Below, piece by piece: positions 1 to 8,260 of a DNA stretch of 64,000 nucleotides. The stretch spans positions 73,486-137,485 of the forward strand of contig CAZBAG010000002.1 in NCBI GenBank assembly GCA_964490365.1, written 5' to 3'. The translations under genes and the position numbers were made by a program. This DNA comes from an uncultured Candidatus Saccharibacteria bacterium. GTDB lineage: Bacteria > Patescibacteriota > Minisyncoccia > Phycocordibacterales > CSBR16-119. The notes below the pieces were generated by a model that saw only the letters and a list, made by a program, of their open reading frames with translations, was not told where the DNA came from and did not search any database. Each line of letters begins with the position of its first letter. Position 1 is the first letter of the stretch.

Positions 1-720
1 GAAATATCTTCTACGGAGCTTATAGAGGGTATTAAAGCGGTTTCATATAGTTCGTCTGTTTCAGATATTAAACCAGAAATATCAAGCGTGTTTATGTATA
101 CACACGAAGACTCCGTATATTTTGTTGCGACAGACTCCTTTAGACTTGCTGAAAAAGCTCTTAAAAATAGAAAAGAAGCTGATATTTCAACATTACTAAT
201 CCCTTATAAGAATATTATCGAGATAGTAAAAGTACTTACAGGAATAACAAGCGATGTAAAAGTTATTTATAATAAAAATCAAATATCTTTTAATGCTCCT
301 GGTCTATTTCTTACTTCTCGACTTATCGACGGTGTATTTCCTGATTATCGCCAAATTATTCCTAAAGAATATGAAACAAACGTTATTGTGCTTAAAAATG
401 ATCTACAAAATGCACTTAAACTGTCTCATATCTTCTCAGACAAGTTTAATCAAATAACAATATCTATTAAACCAAGTGAAAAAAGCTTTGAAATATATTC
501 GGAAAATAAAGATGTGGGAGAAAATAAGACAAAATTAGAAGGATCTCTGAAAGGAAAAGATGTTCAGATGAATATAAACCTAAAATATCTTCTTGATTGT
601 TTCCAATCAATTAACGATGACTCAGTAACACTTAATTTTAATGGATCAAATAGGCCACTTATTGTAAAAGGGAACAGTGATCGAAGTTTCCAATATTTAA
701 TAATGCCGATGAATCGTTAA
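1..720 (+). CDS. dnaN: DNA polymerase III beta sliding clamp (5' partial)
   Basis: Frame open from base 1; motifs VATDSFRLA, SRLIDGVFPDYRQIIP, C-terminal YLIMPM. Confidence 0.96.
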   Translation, partial: EISSTELIEGIKAVSYSSSVSDIKPEISSVFMYTHEDSVYFVATDSFRLAEKALKNRKEADISTLLIPYKNIIEIVKVLTGITSDVKVIYNKNQISFNAPGLFLTSRLIDGVFPDYRQIIPKEYETNVIVLKNDLQNALKLSHIFSDKFNQITISIKPSEKSFEIYSENKDVGENKTKLEGSLKGKDVQMNINLKYLLDCFQSINDDSVTLNFNGSNRPLIVKGNSDRSFQYLIMPMNR

Positions 721-722
721 AT

Positions 723-980
723 ATGTTAAATCTACAAGATTTATTAATACACACTAAAAATACTCTCTTTAAAGATTCGTCAGAAAAAGACATTATTGTT
801 TCAGTTTTTAAAAAAATTATAGATATAACCTTAGCACGAGAAGATATTTCTACTAAAAGAGATATTCTTTATATAAAATCTAATGCATATATAAAATCAG
901 AGATACAACTCAATAAAACTGCTCTTTTACGGGAGATTCATAAACAAAAAATTGGAAAAGTTATTAATGACATACAATAA
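723..980 (+). CDS. Small protein, probably DciA/DUF721-like helicase loader
   Basis: Directly after dnaN; LYIKSNAYIKSEIQLNKTALLREI resembles the DUF721 core (inference). Confidence 0.5.
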   Translation: MLNLQDLLIHTKNTLFKDSSEKDIIVSVFKKIIDITLAREDISTKRDILYIKSNAYIKSEIQLNKTALLREIHKQKIGKVINDIQ

Positions 981-1010
981 AACCCTCACACTGTGAGGGT
1001 TTTATTGTAT
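972..1010. terminator. Bidirectional intrinsic terminator
   Basis: Perfect 19-bp inverted repeat ATACAATAAAACCCTCACA/TGTGAGGGTTTTATTGTAT between convergent genes. Confidence 0.85.
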
Positions 1011-3569
1011 TTACATATCGACTGAGAAGGTTACACTTGCTTCTTTTTTGTTGAATGCCTTATCTCGAATAATAACCCTTAACTCATTTACCGACTGGAT
1101 ATTATCTACTGAAGATGGTACGAACGAGAAGTTAAATGGTGTGTTCTTTGTGTTTCCTAAATAGGTGTTATTTACAAAGATATCGAATGAATCAACCGGA
1201 GAATCTGTTTTATAGTCTAGTTTAATAGCTATCGGTTCGTCTGGTTGATAAAGGTCAGTGTTATTTGGATACTCAATGTCTAGTTTTGGCTGGCTTGTTT
1301 CTGTGTGAACATTATCGTATCCATTTGGTAGATCAGCTTTTGTGATAATGTCGTAGTTTTTCTTATTACTATTCCACCAATTCTGTACACTGTATTCCCA
1401 GTTCTCGTACTGTCTTCCTCCTGGGACTGCTGGATTTGGTCCTGTTGGGTTTAATCTGTCGATCCAGTGAAGTTCGTTGTGCACATTTGTTATGGTCATT
1501 TCTTTGAGCGTTTCCTCTGGGGTAAATTCCGTTGCAAGTTTTCCTGAAACAGAGTCAATGAGGACACTTTCTCCTCCAAGCCAGTTTCCTCGAAGGAGTG
1601 GCTTTAATTCAAGAGACTCATTGATGAACGGTGGGGTAAATGATTCTCTTGATACTTTTGTAAGGGCGAAATCCATAAACTCTCTCCATAGTCTTCCTGA
1701 AATAGCAGAACCTTTTTTCATTGGTGTATTGTCGTTGTTTCCAGACCACACCCCAACAACAAGATTTGGTGTATATCCCATCATCCATGCGTCTTTGTTG
1801 TTGTTGGTTGTTCCTGTTTTACCAGCAACATCTCGTTCTCCGAAGTTTAAGAATGAGTTAACTCCAAAAAGGGGAGTTCGCGCTTCATTATCTTTTAGCA
1901 TATCAGAAATAATACGAGCAGAGTTTGCATCAACAACCGTTTGACCACGAGATTCTTTATACTCTTCAAGTACGTTTCCATTAGCATCTTCTACGCGTAA
2001 TATCGATACTGGTTCATGGTGTACTCCTTCGGTCGCAAAGACACTATATGCCGATGTCATGTCAAGAAGTGTTACTTCGCCACCTCCAAGCACGAGTGTT
2101 AATCCATATTGGTTTGCGTCGGCAAGAGTCTTGATACCCATATTCTTAGCTGTTTTTAGAGAATCAGCAATTGTTGTTAAGTAGAGAAGTTTTACCGCAG
2201 GAACGTTTCGTGATTCTCCCAACGCTTGGCGTAGTGTTACAGGGCCCTTATATATATCATCATAGTTTTGTGGTTTATAACAATCAGCCTGACTACCACT
2301 TGTTGCATTTCCTTGAGGACTACATGTTGTCTGGAATTCAGTAGGAGTATCAAACAATACTGAGTTTGGTGTAAAGCCTTTCATCATCGCGGTGACATAA
2401 ATAAATGGCTTAAACGATGAACCTGGCTGTCGTTTTGCGGTTGCAATGTTGAACTTACCATCAATTTCTTCGTCGAAGTAATTTCGTGATCCAACCATGG
2501 TTAAGATTTCACCGGTTTCTGGATTTATGGCAACAAGTCCTGCATTTGAAGCGTTGTATAACTCTTCATTTTCTTTTGCGTGCTTATAAACCACTTGTTC
2601 AGCTTTTTGTTGAAGATCGTAATCAAGTGTTGTCACTACTTTAAGCCCACCCGACTCAACAACATCAGCGCCATATTTTTGTTCAAGGTATTCTCGAACG
2701 TAAAATACAAAGTGCGGAGCTTTAATGCTAAATCTACTTTGTGGTAGGAACTCAACAACTTCTTCTTTCGCTGCCGTATATTCTTCTTCAGTGATTCGAC
2801 CTTGTTTTAGCATCTCAGAAAGCACTAAGTTTTTTCGTGCGTTGAGTGCTTCTTTGTTTTTTCCATAGGGAGAATAATAAGTTGGCGCTTTTGGGATAGC
2901 AGCAAGATAGGCTGCCTCAGCAATTGTTATATCAACAGGATTTTTACTAAAGAAGTAGTTCGATGCTTCTTTAACGCCATAAATGTTGCCCCCATAAGGA
3001 ATTTCGTTTAGATAGGTTGCCAAAATAGCGTCTTTTGGCATTTCTTTTTCTAGTTTCAACGCCAAAAACCACTCTTTAAGTTTTCGTGAAATTCTCTTTT
3101 CGTTGGTAAGTAGAGAGTTTTTTACCACTTGTTGAGTAATCGTTGACCCTCCTTGAGAGAAGCTTCCAGATTTTAGGTTGGCAACAATAGCTCGAATAAA
3201 TGCCCGTGGCTGAACACCTTTGTGTTGATAAAAATCTTTATCTTCAATAGCAAGTGTTGCGTCTTTAATCGAGTCGCCCATTTCTTCAAAAGGAATAACT
3301 GTTCTTTTTACATCTTGGTGAATATCAAACAAAATTTCTTCCCCAGTTCGATCATAGATTTTTGTTGATCGTGCCACGCGTCGTTCGTCAAAAGAGGTAA
3401 AGTCTGGAACTCGGAGTGTTGCTACCCAAAGAATAGCTACTGCTCCCGCAAATACTCCAAACAAAACAAAGAGCAACCCTGCATTCACCACGTGATGCTT
3501 GTGTTTTTTAAGGTTAATCGACCGTATATTCCGTAGGTTTTTGAGCTTGTGTTTTAGTTTTTTAATCAT
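1011..3569 (-). CDS. Class A penicillin-binding protein (PBP1A family) with C-terminal Ig-like domain
   Basis: Transglycosylase EDKDFYQH and GGSTITQQ; transpeptidase SSFK, SRN, KTGT; N-terminal TM helix. Confidence 0.95.
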   Translation of the reverse strand: MIKKLKHKLKNLRNIRSINLKKHKHHVVNAGLLFVLFGVFAGAVAILWVATLRVPDFTSFDERRVARSTKIYDRTGEEILFDIHQDVKRTVIPFEEMGDSIKDATLAIEDKDFYQHKGVQPRAFIRAIVANLKSGSFSQGGSTITQQVVKNSLLTNEKRISRKLKEWFLALKLEKEMPKDAILATYLNEIPYGGNIYGVKEASNYFFSKNPVDITIAEAAYLAAIPKAPTYYSPYGKNKEALNARKNLVLSEMLKQGRITEEEYTAAKEEVVEFLPQSRFSIKAPHFVFYVREYLEQKYGADVVESGGLKVVTTLDYDLQQKAEQVVYKHAKENEELYNASNAGLVAINPETGEILTMVGSRNYFDEEIDGKFNIATAKRQPGSSFKPFIYVTAMMKGFTPNSVLFDTPTEFQTTCSPQGNATSGSQADCYKPQNYDDIYKGPVTLRQALGESRNVPAVKLLYLTTIADSLKTAKNMGIKTLADANQYGLTLVLGGGEVTLLDMTSAYSVFATEGVHHEPVSILRVEDANGNVLEEYKESRGQTVVDANSARIISDMLKDNEARTPLFGVNSFLNFGERDVAGKTGTTNNNKDAWMMGYTPNLVVGVWSGNNDNTPMKKGSAISGRLWREFMDFALTKVSRESFTPPFINESLELKPLLRGNWLGGESVLIDSVSGKLATEFTPEETLKEMTITNVHNELHWIDRLNPTGPNPAVPGGRQYENWEYSVQNWWNSNKKNYDIITKADLPNGYDNVHTETSQPKLDIEYPNNTDLYQPDEPIAIKLDYKTDSPVDSFDIFVNNTYLGNTKNTPFNFSFVPSSVDNIQSVNELRVIIRDKAFNKKEASVTFSVDM

Positions 3570-3732
3570 GAAATAGAAAATTACCTCCTTAGTAAATCCT
3601 TAATCAAATACTAGCAATAAAAAGGCTTTTTGCCATCTTTTACGAAGACGAAAAAGTGGAAAATATATTACCCAGATACAAGGATTTTGCAACAATTTAC
3701 CAGAGTGTCTTAAAGTGATAAAATCACACTAT

Positions 3733-4929
3733 ATGGCAAACATAATAACTGACAGTAAAAAAATCGAAGAACTTCTAACTCGAGGTGTTGAAGAGGTTAT
3801 CGACCATGAAAATCTTAAGAAAAAGCTCATGAGCGGTAAACAACTTCGTATTAAGCTTGGTATTGATCCAACAAGTCCAAATATCCACCTAGGACGATCT
3901 ATTCCACTTCTTAAGCTTCGAGACTTTCAAAACCTTGGCCACAAAATTGTGTTTATTGCTGGTGATTTTACGGGAGTTATTGGTGATACGTCAGATAAAG
4001 ATTCAGAACGACCAATGTTGACTGATAAAATTATTAAAGAAAACTTAAAAAACTACAAAAAACAAGTTGGTAAAATTATTAACTTACAAAAATGCGAATT
4101 CCATCAAAACAGTAGTTGGCTTAAAAAACTTAAGTATAAAGATATTAGCACTCATGCAAATATCTTTTCAATAAATCAGTTTATTTCTCGCGATAATATT
4201 AATAAACGATTAAAAGAGGGGAAACGAGTTTCTCTTAGAGAAGTTCTGTATCCTTTGATGCAAGGTTATGACTCAGTTGCAATTAAAGCCGATGTAGAGC
4301 TTGGTGGTACTGATCAAAAATTTAATCTTCTTGCTGGGCGTGATATGCAACGAGAATTTAATCAAAACCCACAAGATGTTGTTATGACAAAGATTATCAA
4401 CGGTCTTGATGGGCGAAAAATGAGTTCAAGTTGGGGTAATACCATTAATTTTCTCGATGATGCAAATAATATGTTCGGGAAAATAATGTCGATGTCTGAT
4501 GGATTAATTGTGGAATATTTTGACCTTCTGACACGTGTTCCTCTTGAAAAAGTTTCTGAAGTGAAAAAGCGTTTAGAAAAAGGAGAGAATCCAAAAAATC
4601 TAAAAATAGAACTTGCACTTGAAATTGTTGCAATGTACACATCGAAGAAAGAAGCAGAAAAAGCAAGAGAAAACTGGGAAAACACGTTCTCTAAAAAAGA
4701 AGCACCAGAAAATATTCAGCAGATTAAAGTTTCTTCTGGGACAAAATTAAGCGACGTGTTGGTGAAAAATAATCTACTTCCTTCAAATAGTGAATTTAAC
4801 CGAAGACTTTCCGGTTCAGCTCTAAAAAATATGCAGACAGAAGAAGTATTGCAAAAAAATATTGAAGTTAAGGAAGACATGGTTCTCAAGTATGGTAAAA
4901 AAGATTTTGTGAAAATTATTGTTGGATAA
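3733..4929 (+). CDS. tyrS: Tyrosine--tRNA ligase
   Basis: GIDPTSPNIHLG (HIGH-like), YPLMQGYD, GGTDQKFN, KMSSS. Confidence 0.97.
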   Translation: MANIITDSKKIEELLTRGVEEVIDHENLKKKLMSGKQLRIKLGIDPTSPNIHLGRSIPLLKLRDFQNLGHKIVFIAGDFTGVIGDTSDKDSERPMLTDKIIKENLKNYKKQVGKIINLQKCEFHQNSSWLKKLKYKDISTHANIFSINQFISRDNINKRLKEGKRVSLREVLYPLMQGYDSVAIKADVELGGTDQKFNLLAGRDMQREFNQNPQDVVMTKIINGLDGRKMSSSWGNTINFLDDANNMFGKIMSMSDGLIVEYFDLLTRVPLEKVSEVKKRLEKGENPKNLKIELALEIVAMYTSKKEAEKARENWENTFSKKEAPENIQQIKVSSGTKLSDVLVKNNLLPSNSEFNRRLSGSALKNMQTEEVLQKNIEVKEDMVLKYGKKDFVKIIVG

Positions 4930-5458
4930 TAGATGAAGGCCGGCACGCTTGCGTGCCGGCCCTTTTCTTTTTATTCTTCTTGAGCCATTTTGCAACAGCC
5001 TCAACTCCATTCTGCCAGGAACCGTATACTTTCATTTTGCCGTTGTAGGTTCCAACGTTCCCTGGATTCTTCGATCGTGCCCCTTTGCCCTTTGTTCCAA
5101 AACCAGAATCTTGTTGCATGATTGCAAGAAGAAGGTGAACACTTACTCCATGCTTAATTGCTGAGTTGGTCACCATTTTCCCAGTCAATGGGCTTTTAGG
5201 AAATCTTTTGCGGATGTATGTCTCAACATCCTGAGAAGATCTCATGCGAGGCATCTTTTGTAGGATTTTGTAAACCCTACTCTCATGACTCTTAGCCGTT
5301 GCGTAGTCTGTAATGTCGTAGTTCTTAAAAGAAGAAAGGGGTGACTCAAAAGCAGGATCCGTTTTTTCCACGGCTCGTCTCTGTAATCGGGCATGGATCA
5401 AGTAGAAAACGAGAACAGCAAGTACTATAAAAAGCCAAAACATTTTCTTATTTGCCAT
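4916..5458 (-). CDS. Membrane-anchored lysozyme-like/glucosaminidase-domain protein
   Basis: N-terminal TM; LLLAIMQQDSGFGT...KNPGNVG...YGSWQNGVEA resembles GH73/SLT-like folds. Confidence 0.6.
   Translation of the reverse strand: MANKKMFWLFIVLAVLVFYLIHARLQRRAVEKTDPAFESPLSSFKNYDITDYATAKSHESRVYKILQKMPRMRSSQDVETYIRKRFPKSPLTGKMVTNSAIKHGVSVHLLLAIMQQDSGFGTKGKGARSKNPGNVGTYNGKMKVYGSWQNGVEAVAKWLKKNKKKRAGTQACRPSSIIQQ
4936..4970. terminator. GC-rich hairpin terminator after tyrS
   Basis: GGCCGGCACGC-TT-GCGTGCCGGCC followed by a T-rich run. Confidence 0.75.
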
Positions 5459-5558
5459 GTTGTGTGTGTTGGTTGGTAAGAACCTTCTTGATTAAAATAG
5501 CATAAAAATATACTTTTGTCAAATAAAAAACCATGCAGGGATTGCATGGTTTTCATTA

Positions 5559-5774
5559 TTAATTCCATTCGTCTGGGTTATATCCTCCACCACTACCACC
5601 ATATTCATCATCTTCAGCAAGATCGTCATCATCAAGACCAAGTTCATCATCTTCAGTAAGATCGTCATCATCAAGACCAAGTTCATCATCGTCGCTCATG
5701 TCGTCGTCAGTCATTGCATCGTCATTTAGCTCGCTTGTAAACAAATCATCTGAAAGTAAATCGTCTTGTCCCAT
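5559..5774 (-). CDS. Extremely acidic small protein with tandem repeats
   Basis: 71 aa, Asp/Glu-dominated; terminator at 5525-5553 downstream. Confidence 0.7.
   Translation of the reverse strand: MGQDDLLSDDLFTSELNDDAMTDDDMSDDDELGLDDDDLTEDDELGLDDDDLAEDDEYGGSGGGYNPDEWN
5605..5690. repeat. 39-bp tandem repeat (about 2.2 copies) encoding DDELGLDDDDL(T/A)E
   Basis: TCATCATCTTCAG(C/T)AAGATCGTCATCATCAAGACCAAGT repeated. Confidence 0.85.
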
Positions 5775-5861
5775 GTTCTTTAAAAATTGATTATGATAAT
5801 TAGGATATTTTTATCAGAAACATTTTTTTTTGGCAATACCCTAGTGTTGCTTGTGTGGAAA

Positions 5862-6341
5862 CTAGAATCGCTCGTATGCAAAACAAGTAATCCCAATAGC
5901 AATCGCATCTATTTCATCATCTTGTTTTTTCTCTTTTGGAATATCTACAAGCCTGTGAACCATAGTATGAATTGCATCTTTGGTTGCTTTGCCGTATCCA
6001 GTCACAGCACTCTTAATTTGAAGTGGTGTATATTCAAAAATAGCTAAACCATGCACGTGCGCAACATATAAAATTGCCCCTCGTGCCTCTGCAACACCCA
6101 TCGCGGTTTTTTGATTGTTTTCAAAATAGAGTTTCTCTATAGCAAGTGTTTCAGGAGAAAATTCAGTGACTATTTTTTCTAGTTCTTGCCCAATAAGAAA
6201 TATTCTCTCATGGAGTGGCAACTTCGGCGAAGTTTTAAAGCACGTCGAATAGAGTAGTTTCTCACGTCTGTCACCGGGATTCTTTTCGAGAACCGCAATA
6301 CCAACTCGTTCATATCCTGGATCAATACCAAGTAGTTTCAT
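5862..6341 (-). CDS. ruvC: Holliday junction resolvase RuvC
   Basis: LGIDPG, AIEKLYF, EYTPLQIKSAVTGYGKA, DDEIDAIAI. Confidence 0.96.
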   Translation of the reverse strand: MKLLGIDPGYERVGIAVLEKNPGDRREKLLYSTCFKTSPKLPLHERIFLIGQELEKIVTEFSPETLAIEKLYFENNQKTAMGVAEARGAILYVAHVHGLAIFEYTPLQIKSAVTGYGKATKDAIHTMVHRLVDIPKEKKQDDEIDAIAIGITCFAYERF

Positions 6342-6346
6342 AATAG

Positions 6347-6868
6347 TTATAGAGCGTTTGTGTACACGTCTTGCACGTCGTCGCTTGCCTCAAGTGCCTC
6401 AATGATTGTATTGAGTTTTTCAAGATCTTCACCATGTACTTCAAGTGTTGTATTTGGCATCCATTCTCCCTCAGGATTTTTTGTGAAATTCCAAGCCACA
6501 GAACCTTTACTACCGAGACTCGCATCGTTTTTCGAAAGAATATGTTTAATCTCTTGGTTGGTTCGATTGTTGTTGTCGGTAAGAGCGGTAATGATAATAC
6601 CAATACCTCCTGGTCCATATGCCTCGAAGAGCACCGGCTCGAGGTTTACGTTGCTTTCAGAAGCCTTTTTAATTGCTCGTTCAATGTTGTCGCTCGGCAT
6701 ATTTTCCTTCTTTGCTTTTTCAATGGCCGCCTTAAGACCAGGGGAGCTCGTATTTCCTCCAGCCTTTTTTGATTCCATTTGAATAAGTTTTACAAGGTTA
6801 GAAAATACCTTCGATTTCTTAACGTTGTTGTCAGCGATTTTTCCTTGTTTTTTGTGTGATGATCCCAT
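6347..6868 (-). CDS. yebC: YebC/PmpR family protein (short form)
   Basis: NMPSDNIERAIKK, EAYGPGG, TDNNNRT, DDVQDVYTN; lies between ruvB and ruvC. Confidence 0.92.
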   Translation of the reverse strand: MGSSHKKQGKIADNNVKKSKVFSNLVKLIQMESKKAGGNTSSPGLKAAIEKAKKENMPSDNIERAIKKASESNVNLEPVLFEAYGPGGIGIIITALTDNNNRTNQEIKHILSKNDASLGSKGSVAWNFTKNPEGEWMPNTTLEVHGEDLEKLNTIIEALEASDDVQDVYTNAL

Positions 6869-6869
6869 G

Positions 6870-7862
6870 TTATTTTTGTATGCCTAAATGTGTATATGCT
6901 TTTTCTGTTGCAGTGCGTCCACGCGGTGTTCGTTCAAGAAGTCCAAGCTGGATAAGATATGGCTCGATCACTTCTTCAATAGTTGCTTCTTCTTCAGAGG
7001 TCGCCGCCGCTAGTGTGCCGAGCCCAACAGGTCCGCCATTAAATTTTTCTATAATTGTTTTGAGTACCAGTCTGTCTGACTCAAAGAGTCCGAGAACATC
7101 AACCCCTAACAGCTCAAGTGCTTTTTGTACATTTTCTTTGGTAAGGTTTTCTTTGTGTACTTGGGCGTAGTCTCGTGCGCGTTTCAAAAAGTAGTTTGCT
7201 GTTCGTGGTGTATACCGAGCTCGCTTGGCTATTTCTTCTACTGCGCCGGAATCTATCGTTGTTCCAAGTATGTCGCCAGCTCGCTTTACGATTTTTTTCA
7301 TTTCATCTTCTGTGTAAAATTCAAGTCGATGTACTCCGCCAGAAAATCGAGAACGTAATGGAGAAGAGATAAGCGCTGGTCTTGTGGTGGCAGCAATAAG
7401 CGTAAATGCTGGAAGATCTAGTTGGATGGTTCGGGCAGAAGGTCCTTTTCCAATGATGATATCGAGCACACCAGATTCCATAGCAGGGTAGAGAACCTCT
7501 TCAACCATTTTGTTGAGTCGGTGTATCTCGTCGATAAAAAGAATATCACCGGATGAAAGATTGGTAAGCACCGATGCAAGATCGCCAACCTTTTCGATAG
7601 CCGGACCTGACGTGATTTTCATTTGTTTGCCAGACTCTTTGGCAATCAGGTGTGCGAGTGTTGTTTTTCCAAGACCTGGTGGGCCATGAAATAAAATATG
7701 TTCAGGAACATGACCTCGTTCTTCAGCGGCTTGGAGTAAAATTTTTAAATTCTTTTTTATTTTTTCTTGCCCAATATATTCGTCCCATGTATGAGGGCGA
7801 AGCGTATTATCCAAAAAGCTGTCACTCTTTAATTCTTGACTAAAAGGTGTATCACTTGACAT
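6870..7862 (-). CDS. ruvB: Holliday junction branch migration helicase RuvB
   Basis: LRPHTWDEYIGQ, GPPGLGKTT, FIDEIHRL, RTPRGR. Confidence 0.98.
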   Translation of the reverse strand: MSSDTPFSQELKSDSFLDNTLRPHTWDEYIGQEKIKKNLKILLQAAEERGHVPEHILFHGPPGLGKTTLAHLIAKESGKQMKITSGPAIEKVGDLASVLTNLSSGDILFIDEIHRLNKMVEEVLYPAMESGVLDIIIGKGPSARTIQLDLPAFTLIAATTRPALISSPLRSRFSGGVHRLEFYTEDEMKKIVKRAGDILGTTIDSGAVEEIAKRARYTPRTANYFLKRARDYAQVHKENLTKENVQKALELLGVDVLGLFESDRLVLKTIIEKFNGGPVGLGTLAAATSEEEATIEEVIEPYLIQLGLLERTPRGRTATEKAYTHLGIQK

Positions 7863-8013
7863 ATTAGTTTATTTATGCTAGTCTTTAAGAGTAGTTAATT
7901 AAAGACATTGTAAATAGTATATCACTTTTTGTGATTTTTCGTTACAAGACAATGGTTTTTATGGGTAATTCCATGGAAATAGATTGTCTTTTCTTATGTC
8001 TTTAGAATAGTAC

Positions 8014-8041
8014 TTTACAAGAATTTCACCCATGATATAGT
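8014..8041 (+). promoter_or_regulatory. Sigma70 promoter for the downstream ncRNA
   Basis: TTTACA, 16-bp spacer, extended -10 TGaTATAGT. Confidence 0.65.
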
Positions 8042-8049
8042 GTGTATCC

Positions 8050-8224
8050 ACTTTGATAAGGGTTTAGAAACCTCTAAGTAATCAGGCTCTGTCTCTATGA
8101 CTTTAATAAGGACGCAATGGTTACCGTTTCGGCGGAGTTACTGCGGCTATCCTTTGAGATTTCATTACTTTTCTTACTTTGTAAGAAAAAGGATTATTTG
8201 GAGGTTTGTGGATCTTTTCAAAGT
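8050..8224 (+). ncRNA. ssrS: Probable 6S RNA
   Basis: About 175-nt rod. Closing stem ACTTTGA..AAACCTCTAAGTAATC pairs with GATTATTTGGAGGTTT..TCAAAGT using G-U pairs; central bubble with a 3'-side hairpin; apical stem with UUCG loop; own promoter and terminator. Confidence 0.7.
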
Positions 8225-8227
8225 AAA

Positions 8228-8260
8228 AACAAAACCGCTCACATTGTGAGCGGTTTTGTT
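8228..8260. terminator. Bidirectional terminator
   Basis: AACAAAACCGCTCACA/TGTGAGCGGTTTTGTT. Confidence 0.85.
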
